This document shows positions 11,901 to 23,309 of a stretch of 64,000 nucleotides of DNA, piece after piece. The position numbers were made by a program, and so were the translations under genes. Position 1 is the stretch's first letter. Each line of letters begins with the position of its first letter. The stretch is from positions 868,001-932,000 of the forward strand of contig JASTWF010000070.1 of assembly GCA_030390025.1 (NCBI GenBank), written 5' to 3'. The DNA comes from Squalus acanthias. Its lineage: Eukaryota. The notes under the pieces were generated by a model. It was not told where the DNA came from. It ran no database searches and was given only the letters and a program-made list of their open reading frames with translations.

Positions 11901-12955
11901 TTCCGAGTGGCAGGTAGTGACTAGTGGGGTACCGCAGGGATCTGTGCTAGGACCCCAGGTATTCACAATATATATTAATAATCTAGACAAGGGAACTAGA
12001 TGTAATATCTCCAAGTTTGTAGACGACACAAAGCTGGGTGGGCGTGTGTGCTGTGAGGAGGATGCAGAGAAACTCCAGTATGATTTGGACAGGTTGGGTG
12101 ATTGGGCAGATGCATGGCAGATGCAGTATAATGTGGATAAATGCGAGGTTATCCACTTTGGTGACAAAAACAGGAAGGCAGATTATTATCTGAACGGCAA
12201 TAGATTGGGAGAAGGGGAAGTGCAACGAGACCTGTGCGTCCTTGTGCAGCAGTCGCTGAAGGTAAGCATGAAGGTGCAGCAGGCAGTTAAGAAGGCAAAT
12301 GATATGTTGGCCCTCATCATGAGACGATTCGAGTGCAGGAGCAAGGATTTCTTGCTGCAGTTGTACAGGGCCTTGGTGAGACCAGATCTTGAGTATTGTG
12401 TGCACTTTTGGACGCCTTATCTGAGGAAGGATGTTTTTGCCATGGAGGGAGTGCAGCGAAGATTCACCAGACTGATACCTGGGATGGCAGGAATGACGTA
12501 TGAAGAGAGATTGGGTCGATTGGACTTCTATTCGCTGGAGGTTAGAAGAATGAGAGGGGATCTCATTGAAACTTATAAGGTTCTAACAGGACTAGACAGT
12601 CTCGATGCAGGAAGGATGTTCCCGATGGTGGGGGTGTGCAGAACCAGGTGTGACAGTCTTAAGATAAGGGGTAAGCCATTTAGGACAGAGATGAGGAGGA
12701 ATTTCTTCACCCAGAGAGTGGTGAACCTGTGGAATTCTCTAGCACAAAAGGCTGTTGAGGCCAATTCATTAAATATATTCAAGAAGGAGTTAGATATATT
12801 TCTTAAGGCTAAAGGGATCAAGGGATATGGGGAGAAAGCAGGAACAAGGTACTGAATTCGGATGATCAGCCATGATCTCATTAAACGGCGGAGCAGGCTC
12901 GAGGGGCCGAATGGCCTACTCCTGCTCCTATCTTCTATGTTTCTATGTTTCTATG
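8990..12955 (+). mobile_element. 5'-truncated CR1 LINE (RT region), split by a nested inverted CR1
   Basis: ORFs 11252-11587 and 11581-12855 (SGVPQGSVLGP, KFVDDTKLGG); (tttctatg)n tail at ~12932-12955; 5' part at 8990-9416. Confidence 0.93.
9417..11266 (-). mobile_element. CR1 LINE inserted antisense within the outer CR1
   Basis: Reverse tail (catagaaa)n at 9417. RT ORFs 10064-10798 (KFADDTKLGG) and 9516-10067. atgtc at 9412-9416 and 11267-11271 is a TSD or microhomology. Confidence 0.93.
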
Positions 12956-13750
12956 TAAAGCAAAAGCAATTCTTTTCATATCTACCTCCTTGTCTTGTGC
13001 ACGTGGTCTCGAATCCGTCAATTTCTGATCGCTGATCGTGTTGCCTGATATAAAGAGAAAGTTAATCTAAGTCTAAATGCACACATTTCACACTGAACCG
13101 GCCCACTAACATGTAATGAGCAAATTACACAATAAATGGATTGATTGGGAGCGCCGTGGAGTTGGAGCGCCTCCCGACAACCGCTACCTGACCGCCGGTT
13201 CCTGCAGCTCCTTCCCGCGGCGACAATAACCATCAGCAGAAGCAGAAGCGCCGCCGCCGAACTCCCGTAAAGCAGTACTCTGCAGTTGGTTTGTTCGCTG
13301 TCCGGGGACACGGTGCCTGTCGTCACCCCGCTGTCTGTCTCTTGGGCATCCACGCTACAGCGGAGTCGCACCAAGCCCGGCTGAAAGCGACTGTCCAGGC
13401 AGGACAGAGTGGCCGTCCCGAGCCGATTTCTTCCGAGGAGGGAGGGAGGAGAAGAACCGAGGGGCTTCGATCCTCGCTGCCTGTGTGTGGGGGTAGAGAA
13501 AATACATTAGTTTATGGAATCCGTTAGCAGTGGGACGCTCTGATCTGAAATCAAAGACACCAAAGAATCCCGAACAACATTCACTTTAAAATAAATTACT
13601 GATTAATATAGGAGTTCCAATAAATTCTTAAATCTCTAAATCCTCTGCTCCTCTGCCAATTCTTTTCCCTACATTACAACAGTGACTTGTTTCAAAAGTA
13701 TTTCATTGGCTGTAAAGCGCTTTGGGACGTCGTGAGGTCGTGAAAGGAGC

Positions 13751-13881
13751 NNNNNNNNNNNNNNNNNNNNNNNNNNNNNNNNNNNNNNNNNNNNNNNNNN
13801 NNNNNNNNNNNNNNNNNNNNNNNNNNNNNNNNNNNNNNNNNNNNNNNNNNNNNNNNNNNNNNNNNNNNNNNNNNNNNNNNN
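13751..13881. other. Assembly gap (131 N) in the J-C intron of cluster 1
   Basis: Run of N. The equivalent positions in clusters 2 and 3 hold a TTTC/TTCT microsatellite. Confidence 0.99.
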
Positions 13882-16800
13882 CAACAGAAAATGCTGGACA
13901 TACAGACCGGGTCAGTCAGCATGTGAGAGGCGGAAAGCTCAGTAACTGACCAGTTCAGGTGGAGGTTACACCCCCGGAACCGCACTAACCTGTCTGTTCC
14001 CGTTACAGACACTGACCGACCGGCCGTGTATTCCCAGCATTGTCTGTTTTAATTTTATTTCCTATAATTGCAATTTTTTCCCTTTTTATTTAAATATAAT
14101 AAAGCATTTGATTGTCTTAAAATGCGGTCAGTGTTAACTTTAAAGTGGTGACATAACGGAGCTGTGATCCGCTTTTCACCGAGAGTCCACACATGTTTGG
14201 CTATGATAAATTGACCCTTAGTGTTAGAGGGGATTAAATATGTGGGGTTATGGGGATAGGATGGGATATGTTAGGGGGAATTAAATACGTGGGGTTAAGG
14301 GGGTAGGGTGGGATATGTGTACTGTGGGGATTAAAGCAGGGACAGGGTACTGGATTTGGATGATCAGCCATGATCGTATTGAATGGCGGAGCAGGCTCGA
14401 CGGGCCGAATGGCCTACTCCTGCTCCTAGATTCTATGTTTCTATGTTTCTATGTTCTTATATCTCAAACTGATGCAGCCCTTTCAAAGAGCCGCCACAGG
14501 CACAATGGGCCGAATGGCGTCCTTCTGTGCTGTATAATTCTACAAGAGTCCGGAACTTTTTTTACGAATCATATTTTTTTAGAATTACGTGTTAGAAACT
14601 GATCCGCTTTAAATGTTGCGGCGATGATAATTGAGCCGGGTCTGTTACCAGGTATTGAAGAGCTCACTGAATAAAGAGAGGAAATTGTACACTCTGGGAA
14701 TTAATGTAGTGACTCTGCCTAACAATATTGTAAATGGTTTACATAGAATTACACAGAATTACAGCACAGAAAGAGTTCATTCGGAACAACCAGTCCATGC
14801 CGGCAATTATGCTCCACTCGAGCCTCCTCCCATCCTTCCTCATCTAACTCTTTCAGCATAATCCTCTATTCCCTTCTCCCTCATGCGCTTATCTAGCCTC
14901 CCCTTAAATGCATCTATACTATCCGCCTCAACCACCCCCTGTGGTAGCGAGTTCCACAGTCTCCCCACTCTCTGGGTAAAGAAGTTTCTCCTGTATTCCC
15001 TAATTGATTTCTTGGTGACTATCTTATATTGATTGCTCCTAGTTTTGCACTTCCCCACAAGTGGAAATACTCTCTCTGTGTCTACTCTATCAAAGCGTTT
15101 CGTAATTATAAAGACCTCTATTCGGCCACTCCTCAGCCTTCTCTTTTCCCCGGTTTGATGAAGGGTTTTCACTGTTCGATATTTCTAGTGAAAGGGGGGG
15201 CAATGATTGTAAAAGAATCTTGCGACAGAGGCAAGTAAGAATTCCTCTTCTCGCGGGTGAACTGATTTTTCTCTCGGGATCAGGTCAGTCTCGCTGTTCC
15301 CGGAGCGATCCGTTCAATCCTGGGAGGTAGCGGGACCCGACAGATCAACCCAGGAGAATCGGCGCTATCCCCGGGGGGACACTGGACAGGGAGAGTCAGC
15401 AGAAACAGCAGGGGGAGGGGAGAGGGTCAGCAGCGAGAGAATGAGATGGAGAGAAAGTTCCCTTCGACAAGCTTCACCCAGTCTGACTCACACATACGGG
15501 GCTGGTCAGAAATTGTCACTGCGCCGTTCCATGGTAAAGCGGCGGTTCTGCTCTATAAACAGTGGGGAGATTGCGAATAATGAGCTCAGACAGATTAAAT
15601 ATCGGAGCAGGAATTTCAGAATAAAACCAGTCCCGTCAAACGACTAGCCCCGGTGTTGCTGGCGACAGGGAGTCGATCCAACCGGTTGTGTGCTGGGACA
15701 GCGGGTCTCGGGAGGGTCCTCTCTCTCTCCCAGCCCAGAGCCGGACACCCGACAGCTGCGGTCAGGGGGACAATACTCCACAGGACTAAAACAAGCAGCA
15801 ACATTGAAAGTTGGAAATGACGATAATTGGGTTGGGATTCCCCCGGGATCTCTCCCGCCGGCTCCGGGCAATCTTTTTTAAAATCAGGCGGTGCTGACTC
15901 TAGACACAAGGAATAATTCTACATACACTAAGAAATAAGTATGGCTCTCCAATTAGTCCCACTCCCCTGCTCTTTCCCCACAGCCCTGCAATGTTCTCCC
16001 TGCATGACTGAGTGTAACACAGTGACATATTCAGTGTCCACTGTCAGAACTTCACAGTGCAGCTCACAACTTCCCTCTCTCTCTCTCTCTGTCTCTTGCC
16101 GCACCCGAATGATACCGGCGCTTAGAGGGTTAAGGACGGGTTGCATAAACTTGACTTGTATTCCCTTGAGTTTCGAAGATTCAGGGTTGATCTGATCGAG
16201 GTGCTTAAACTGTGAAAAAGTATTCGATCGGGTAGATAGAGAGAAACAATGTCCTCTGGTCGGGAAATCAAGAACCAGGGGCGCTCAATTAGAATTAGAG
16301 CCCGGCCATTTAGGAGGGAAGCACTTTTTCACACAGGATCGCGAGGATGATTGGCCTCCTCCTGTTCCTCTGTCACTATTTTATCAATCAGTGCTCCTCT
16401 GAGGGCGTTCAACCCATCCTGCCCGTGCCGGCTCTTTGAAAGAGCTCTCCAATTATTCCCACTCCCCTGCTCTTTCTCTAAAGCCCTGCATTTACCCTTT
16501 TCAAGTATTTGTCCAATTCCCTTTTGAAAGTTACTATTCAATGTGCTTCCACCGCCCTTTCAGGCTGCGCATTCCAGATCACAACAACTCGCTGCATAAA
16601 AAAATCACCTCCCGTCACCTCTGGTTCTTTTGCCAATTATCTTAAATCTGTGTCATCTGGTTACCGACCCTCCTGACACTGGAATCAGTTTCTTCATTTT
16701 TACTCTTTCAAAACCCTTAATTAATTTTTCCACATCTATTAAATATCTCTTTAACATTCTCAGCTCTAAGGAGAACAATCCCAGCTTCTCCAATCTCTCC

Positions 16801-17279
16801 ACATCACTGAAGTCCCTCATCCCTGGAACCATTCTAGTAAATCTCCCTGTGCACCCCCGCCAAGGACTTAACATCCTTCCTCAAGTGTTTTGTCAAAACC
16901 TATTTCCTGTTTACATTAATTCATAACTTGAAAGTATTTATCCAATTCCCTTTTGAAAGTTACTATTGAATCTGCTCCCACCGCCCTTTCAGGCAGCGCG
17001 TTACAGATCACAACAACTCGCAGCGTAAAAAGAACACTTCTCCTCATCTCCCCGATTGAATGGGAGCAGGAAATGGTGACAAACGTAATTTCAGCGCAAT
17101 ATTATTCCCCGAGGCGCTTTAACAATATTAATTCTGAGCAGTTTAACAGTTTTGGGGCATAAATAGATCCAACATCAAAATTCACTGAATCGAGATTTCT
17201 CTCGCGCCCGGGAAGGAAAGCGACTGTAAATTAATAATTATTGAAACAATGTGAATAATAGAATGAGAGAGTCACTTAC

Positions 17280-17633
17280 TGTTTATACTCAGGGCGGTCC
17301 CCGGTCCGAAGATGTATCCCGAGTCCCACATAGCACAGTAATAGACGGCGGAGTCACCGGGCACCAGGGTTCCGATGGTCAGAATGTAACTGTTACCGGA
17401 GGCGTCTGTGGAAGTTTGAAAACGGTCTGTGAAGCCGGTACCTCGGAATATATCATTAGATGTTTCATGCTCTAGCACCAACACCGGAGCTTCCCCGGGT
17501 CGCTGTCGGTACCAGTTCACATCCTTGCTGCCCACAGCCCCGTTCACCATCGCACACTGTAATCGGGCGGTCTGACCCGCGGAGATAGGATCGGACATTG
17601 GGGACTGATTGAGGACGGGAGCCGCCAGGACAC
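17280..17633 (-). CDS. Fused VJ exon, light chain cluster 1
   Basis: 354-nt open exon: GVLAAPVLNQSP...LQC...WYRQRPGEAP...DSAVYYC...FGPGTAL; donor A/gtaagt; no V-J intervening RSS. Confidence 0.95.
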
Positions 17634-17950
17634 CTTCAATAAAAGAAAAAAATCAACCCATTCAGTGACTTGGAGCAAATAGGAAGTTAATGCTTCAATA
17701 AACACGGAGAGAAAATCGCCGGATTCTCGGTATTGAACCGATTTAGTTGCGGATAAACCCGTGACTAAAACCATCCGTCTCTCACCTGTTAAATGGATCA
17801 GCAGAGCCCACAGGAGATGCATCGCTGGAGCCATTTCCTCCGCAGAAGCGCCAAAACCCACCGCTTAAATTTCCGACTGAGCTGTGCGCTGTTCCTGTAA
17901 ACTCCGGGACCCGCTCCGGTTACAGTGTCTGCAAACCCGAGACTCCGGGT

Positions 17951-17974
17951 CTATTTATTACCCGGTATGCAAAT
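17951..17974 (-). promoter_or_regulatory. Ig light-chain promoter: octamer ATTTGCAT plus TATA-like taataaatag (cluster 1)
   Basis: ATGCAAAT at 17967-17974 on +, ~133 nt upstream of the leader ATG, in the canonical light-chain orientation. Conserved in all three clusters. Confidence 0.9.
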
Positions 17975-20900
17975 GGTTGGGAGGGGCCAGGAAAAGGAAG
18001 GAGGCAGATTTTTAATTCGGGATTTTTATTTAAATTTATTTGTGCCTGATTAATTTATTAAAATCTTAATTCTTCGATTTACAAATGTTTAATCTCCAAT
18101 TGAAGTTTCTGTTAATGGAAGATTCCAAGATTTCGAAGATTTTTGCGTTTAATGAATATTTAGTCTGTGTTCTACCCCAGAAAAATGAGGGGCGGATTGT
18201 AGAGATACTGATCAGCTGATGCACTTCGGCCGGAATCGTTCTGATAACGCGCTGTTACTCTCCGATATACTGCATCAGATTTTAAAATTATCTTTTACCC
18301 TAAAATAAATATTTCATAATAGACTGACGTCCCTTTCTCTAAATCAGCAGCAAGACAACCCTGGATTTGTCAATTCCTTTAAAATTGCGGTTTCAATTGA
18401 CAAATATGATTTGGGCTTCAGTCTGAAAATACATTTCTGATGAGAATATTCCTCAGGCGGAGTAAAGAGCTAATTAGATGAATGAGAAAGAGGGGAAGAA
18501 AGCGGCATTTTACACCCTGCCCCGGATTAAAGATAAGTTGTTCTGTTATAGTCTGATTCGCCACCTTTAAAACTCACGAGAGCAAATAAAACTCGGCATA
18601 ATATTAATAAAATGACACCTTGCCTTTAATTTACTGCGAGTCCGATTAATGCGCGCAGTTCCCGTTTTAAACCCTGTTCCAGTTGAATTATTAAGCGGCG
18701 GGGTCAGTTGTTTCTGGGGCTCTGTGATGTTGAACCCTTCCCCTGTTTGGAGTCAATCCCTAACTCCCCACACTGAGTCCTGGTTCATGTTTCTAAAAGT
18801 CAGATTGAAACTGGTTAGTGTCAGTTATTTCAGGGCGAAAGAAAAATGTAGCAATTTGTTAATAAATGGGTTGGCTCCAGATATTAGTGTCAAAGGAATA
18901 ATATTTTCTGTTTAATAAATATCTGAATTGTGTAACTGTGAAGTTAGGTATTCCCCTGCTCCTTAGTAAAACACACAGAGCGGCCAATATTTATCCCTCA
19001 ATCAATATCAGTAAAACAGATGATTTGGTCATTATCACATTGTTGTTTGTGGGAGCTTGCTCTGCGCAAATTGGAAACCGCAATTGCAACATTGCAACAG
19101 TGACTACACTTCAAAAAGTAATTAATTGGCTGTGAAGCGCGTTGGGATGTCCAGTGGTCGTTAAATGGGCTATATAAATACAAGTTATTGTTGTTGTTGC
19201 TGTTGGAGAAAAGGCGGGGCTTTGGACAAGACTCACAGCAAACAGTCTATCTGACAGCAAACAAACTCTATTTACTCAGCAAACAGATTCTATTTAAACA
19301 GCGCATTACACCAAACAGTCTACAGAGTCTATTTAAAAAGAGTCGCTTAGAACTACAGCAAACAGAACTCATGACCGAATCCACAGCAACCTCTTCCGGT
19401 AAAAGCTGGGTGATTCCTCCCGCAAAATGCAGTGATAGTGACACAATACAAATTATGTGAGTAAAAAACGTTACTGTTACATATTTAGGTGTTACCCAGA
19501 GGAGCTATTTCTTTTTTTACACTATTTATCATACTACCCAGTGCCATAATTCAGCTCAATACATCGCATCAACTCACATAGAAGTAAATCGTGCAGGAGA
19601 AATGCAGCAATGGGGAAATGGGCATGTACTATATCATCACAACCGGAGATTAATATGGAAAGAAGGAAACGTGAAGAATTATTAATTATAATGAGTAAAG
19701 TGCGGCTTTCTGGAAACATGTTGACAGTGTTTATTGCTCCATTTCAGTTAGTAAAGTGAGGGCAGGAACAGAGAGACCTGGGGTTCAGGGACACAAATCT
19801 TTGAAGGTCGATTGGCTAGTTGCGAAAACATTTAAAATAGAGGCATAGGTAACAAAAGCAAGGACGTTATGCTAAACCTTAATAAACACTGGTTAGGCCT
19901 CAGCTGGAGTATTGATGCCATTTCTGAGCACCACACTTTAAGAAGCATGTCAAGGCCTTGGAGAGGGTGCAGAGGAGGTTTACTAGAATGGTACCAGGGA
20001 TGAGGGTCTTCACTTATGTGGAGAGACTGGAGAGGCTGGGATTGTTCTCCTTAGAGCAGAGAAGAATAAGGGGAGATTTCCATGCTGGGTTCCCTGAGCA
20101 CCGGGAAACCCGGCTCGCAGCCGTTAATCATAAGTCAGGCTCCCAACTGCACTGTGGGAACCTGATTTAATTAGTATAGTGAGGTTTCCCGCCTGAAAGC
20201 TTTAATATGGTGGCAGGAGCTTTTTGCGGTGGGTTGGTGTGGCGTTACCCCATTGTTATATTTAACCCCCCACTCCCTCCCGCCCATCTTATTCCCATCC
20301 AATCCTCCAATACAGATCCCAAGTCATCTTGAGTTCAGGAATGAATTGCTAGGTCAATGATGTATTCTAAGAGCACTATATGTAGGTTACAGAGCATCAA
20401 CAGCAAGTTGCATTAATATAGCGCCTTTAACGTGGTAAAACGTCCCAAGGCGCTTCACAGGAGCGCTTAACAAACAAAAGTTGACACCGATCCACAAAAG
20501 GAGATATTGGGACAGGTGAGCAAAAGCTTACTCAGAGAGGTTGGTTTTATAGAGGGTATTAAAGGTGGAGAGAGGCGGAGAGCTTTAGAGAAGGACTTGG
20601 GACAGATTGGGATCCACACATTCTCGCTCCCAACAGCTAAAAGTTGAAATGTTCAGAAATTTGCGGGGGAATCGAACAGGTAGAGCACTTTAAGTGACAG
20701 GAGTGTCATTCCGCCGCATTCACACCTCCAAGACTGTCCTTTTGCTTTGGAGTCAATGCCAGATCTTTTCTTATCTGGGCGGGTCCGGTGCGGGCGGTGG
20801 CCATGGCGGGTCGCGAACCCGCTGCTGGCTCCATCCCGCTATGGAAAATGAACTTACCTTAATGTAGCCTATTGGAGCCCGACCTGCGCGTTACCCGGCC

Positions 20901-21147
20901 CAATAAGATGGACTGGTGCTGGTGACGTCATTCATGACGCGTTTTCAGCCGGCATCTTTAACAGAGTGTTGTCGGTGCACTAAGGCTCGTGCGGGGGAGA
21001 TGACAGCGGGATCCTGAACCGCTCCCAAAAATAACAACTTTCCCACCCGACCTGGCACCGATCTGGCCCGCTATCACCCCGGAAAATTCCAGCTGCGTCT
21101 GTACCGAGCTCTAACCGACTCCAACCTAAAGTCCAACTGCACTCTTA

Positions 21148-22825
21148 GGGGGAAATTTTACACGGGTTCAGCGGGCGGGATCGGTGGCGGGTTAGGATGG
21201 AAAGTGTGTTTTTTACAGTTCTCCTGACCCCGCTGTCAATCCGCCATCACGCGCCTTTACCAAATGTCTGGTCTGTCAGCGCTGAGCAGACCAGACACGC
21301 AGCGGCGGGGGAGGCAATTCAGGTCATTATCACCTTGTTAACATAGGAGTAACAACAATTTTGAGCTCGCCTTTAGAATTTACCAGCTCGCCAACGGGGT
21401 CCACGCTGCTCGGGCATCACGTCTTTTAAGCTGGGTGGGAGTTGAATGGCCATTTAATCATCTCATTCCTTGACATCTGGAAATGTGCCATAAAAGCACC
21501 CATCTCACAGCTGTTCACTTTCCAAGCTCAAAAGCTGTTCCTTACTGTATTTGGAAGAGAGATTGAGCTTTATGCATAATGCAAGTGTTTGGAGAAAACA
21601 CTCTATCAAGTCTCACCTCATTAGAACAACCTCTTTCACCATTGACAGATTCCTTCTCTCATCTCAAGTTCACCTGCCAACTATTCCATCAGCATGGGTA
21701 CGGTTTATACTCTCTCACCTTGATCTTCAGAATCTGAGCACAATCAGCCGCAACAACAGCATCACCAGGCACAGCAGCAGCACCAACAACAACACCAGCA
21801 TCACCAGGCACAGCAGCAGCACCAACAACAACACCAACCTTCTCCGTAATCACCTGGTACTGCACAGGACAAAGGGCATCAGCACCCGAACACATTGCGG
21901 CCCGGGACCTCAGGGATGTCCTCACCATGGCCAGATTTACTTCACTTGATGCTCCACACTCATATGGCTGCCACATGATGTGCCAGGTTGGCACCACCCC
22001 ACACCAACAACATAAAGCATCCGTACAATGTACAAGCCATTCCTTTCTCACTCATCAGCATTGCGGGGGTGGGGGGTACGATTATGTTTCACAATTCACT
22101 GCAACTCACTAATTCACTTTCAAAGGTGCACACCAGTCTGTCGAAGAAAGTAAAGTGTTGAAAAAGAAGATTTCAATGTTTGACAGCACATTAGCAGAAA
22201 CTTCAAAAGAACATCGGCTAAAACACACAAGGTCCTACCCTTGTGTGTTGTTAGTTGGTATGACTGGACTAGGATAATGGTGAGTGCGATGGGTGGCTAC
22301 TGAGATGTGGAAGAGTGAATGTAGATAGAGAGGGATGGGTGGAGGTGCAAGCTAACTTGTTGTGTGTAAGGATATGCAGGAGTAGAATAGGAAAGACAGA
22401 GTCATGGGGATGTGATGAGTGGCACAACAGGATGAGGTTGAGAGTGGCTTTGCATTAACGTTTCGTGTTCTACTGAGATCATTGAAAGGTTTGCCACACT
22501 GAAGCCTGGTCCACTTGACGATATCCCTACTTGTGTCCTCCTGTGCACTGTGCAACCAGGCTGCGTTGGTCTCCTGGGGAGGTCTCTTTGGAAGTGAAAT
22601 TAAGCTCCCTACGCGCTTTCGTGGGAGTCATGGGAGACCCTGGTTACAGCCGTGCACCTCTGTGAAGTGCTTGTCAATGTTTGCAGCACCTCAAAGCTGT
22701 GGGACACCAACAGCACAAATTTCAAGGTATATTTGCGCATGGTCCCTTTAAGAAAACCGACGCAGCATCAAATGACGTCATCAGACCCGCGTTTTTCAAT
22801 TGGCCGGGAAACTCGATCCGCGGGC
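21148..22825 (-). mobile_element. Non-autonomous PIF/Harbinger-like DNA transposon remnant (paralog of 32980-38903)
   Basis: GC-rich cccg subterminal repeats. Decayed Myb/SANT-like coding on the minus strand (AQEDTSRDIVKWTRLQCGKPFNDLSR). Confidence 0.6.
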
Positions 22826-23309
22826 TCATTATCTGTGATTTCCCGACCTGGATGAAGTCCCCTTTCAATACTTGATTCAGCAACGGAACCAGATTGAGTT
22901 TTAGCAATCTCTTTCGCAATCTAATCCCAGAATCATGCGTGGCGCTCTTTAATGAATGGCCTGCAATGGATCAATTTCGCTTTTGAAGCTAAGCCGCCAA
23001 AGTGACACATCTGCTCTCACCATCGATCTACAGAAGCTTAAGGTTTGGAATTCAAACAGCCACGTGATGTGTGTTGTCGGAATAATCCTTATCCGTCACT
23101 TTAATATATGATGGAGGACCTAAGAGATACAGAGATTAATAATCTTTATTAATCAATACACTTATACAAACTTAGCACCTCCAGTGCTATGAGAATAACC
23201 TCAACTGTACTCACAAGCACATCTATTTAATTATGCAAGGTAAGCACGGTGCTCGTACGTCAGCACGTTCATAGTACGTGCGGTTATTAAGTACGCACGC
23301 AGGATTAAT

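Larger units (their letters stand above)
8219..13287 (-). pseudogene. 3' half of a second type I membrane receptor gene (TM exon, cytoplasmic exon, ITIM/ITSM-like last exon). Its own ectodomain exons are deleted and replaced by Ig light-chain cluster 1.
   Basis: TM exon part 13287-13188 (NCRVLLYGSSAAALLLLLMVIVAAGRSCRNRRS G/gtagcg). Exon 13044-12986 after tttctctttatatcag (GNTISDQKLTDSRPRAQDKE/gtagat, phase 1->0). Exon 8263-8219 after ttctgttttttctcatag (TLYAHLAFNEVPTL*). Candidate AATAAA at 7501-7496. Confidence 0.7.
13288..17834 (-). pseudogene. Germline-joined Ig light chain cluster 1 (type I/sigma-cart-like): intact leader and VJ; C exon frameshifted, truncated and fused to a TM exon
   Basis: Leader 17834-17786 (MAPAMHLLWALLIHLT). 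VJ 17633-17280 (...YYCAMWDSGYIFGPGTALSIN). C starts at 13480 (SEDRSPSVLLLPPSSEEIGSG), with a 1-nt deletion near 13416 (ggccgtcccg vs ggccgttcccg in cluster 2) giving TGA at 13325-13323. Conserved W is C. C homology stops at ~13288. Confidence 0.85.

Noticed and set aside
16018-16075. CACAGTG heptamers in the J-C intron as recombination signal sequences
   Set aside because: No ACAAAAACC-like nonamer at 12 or 23 nt spacing, and not adjacent to a coding segment.
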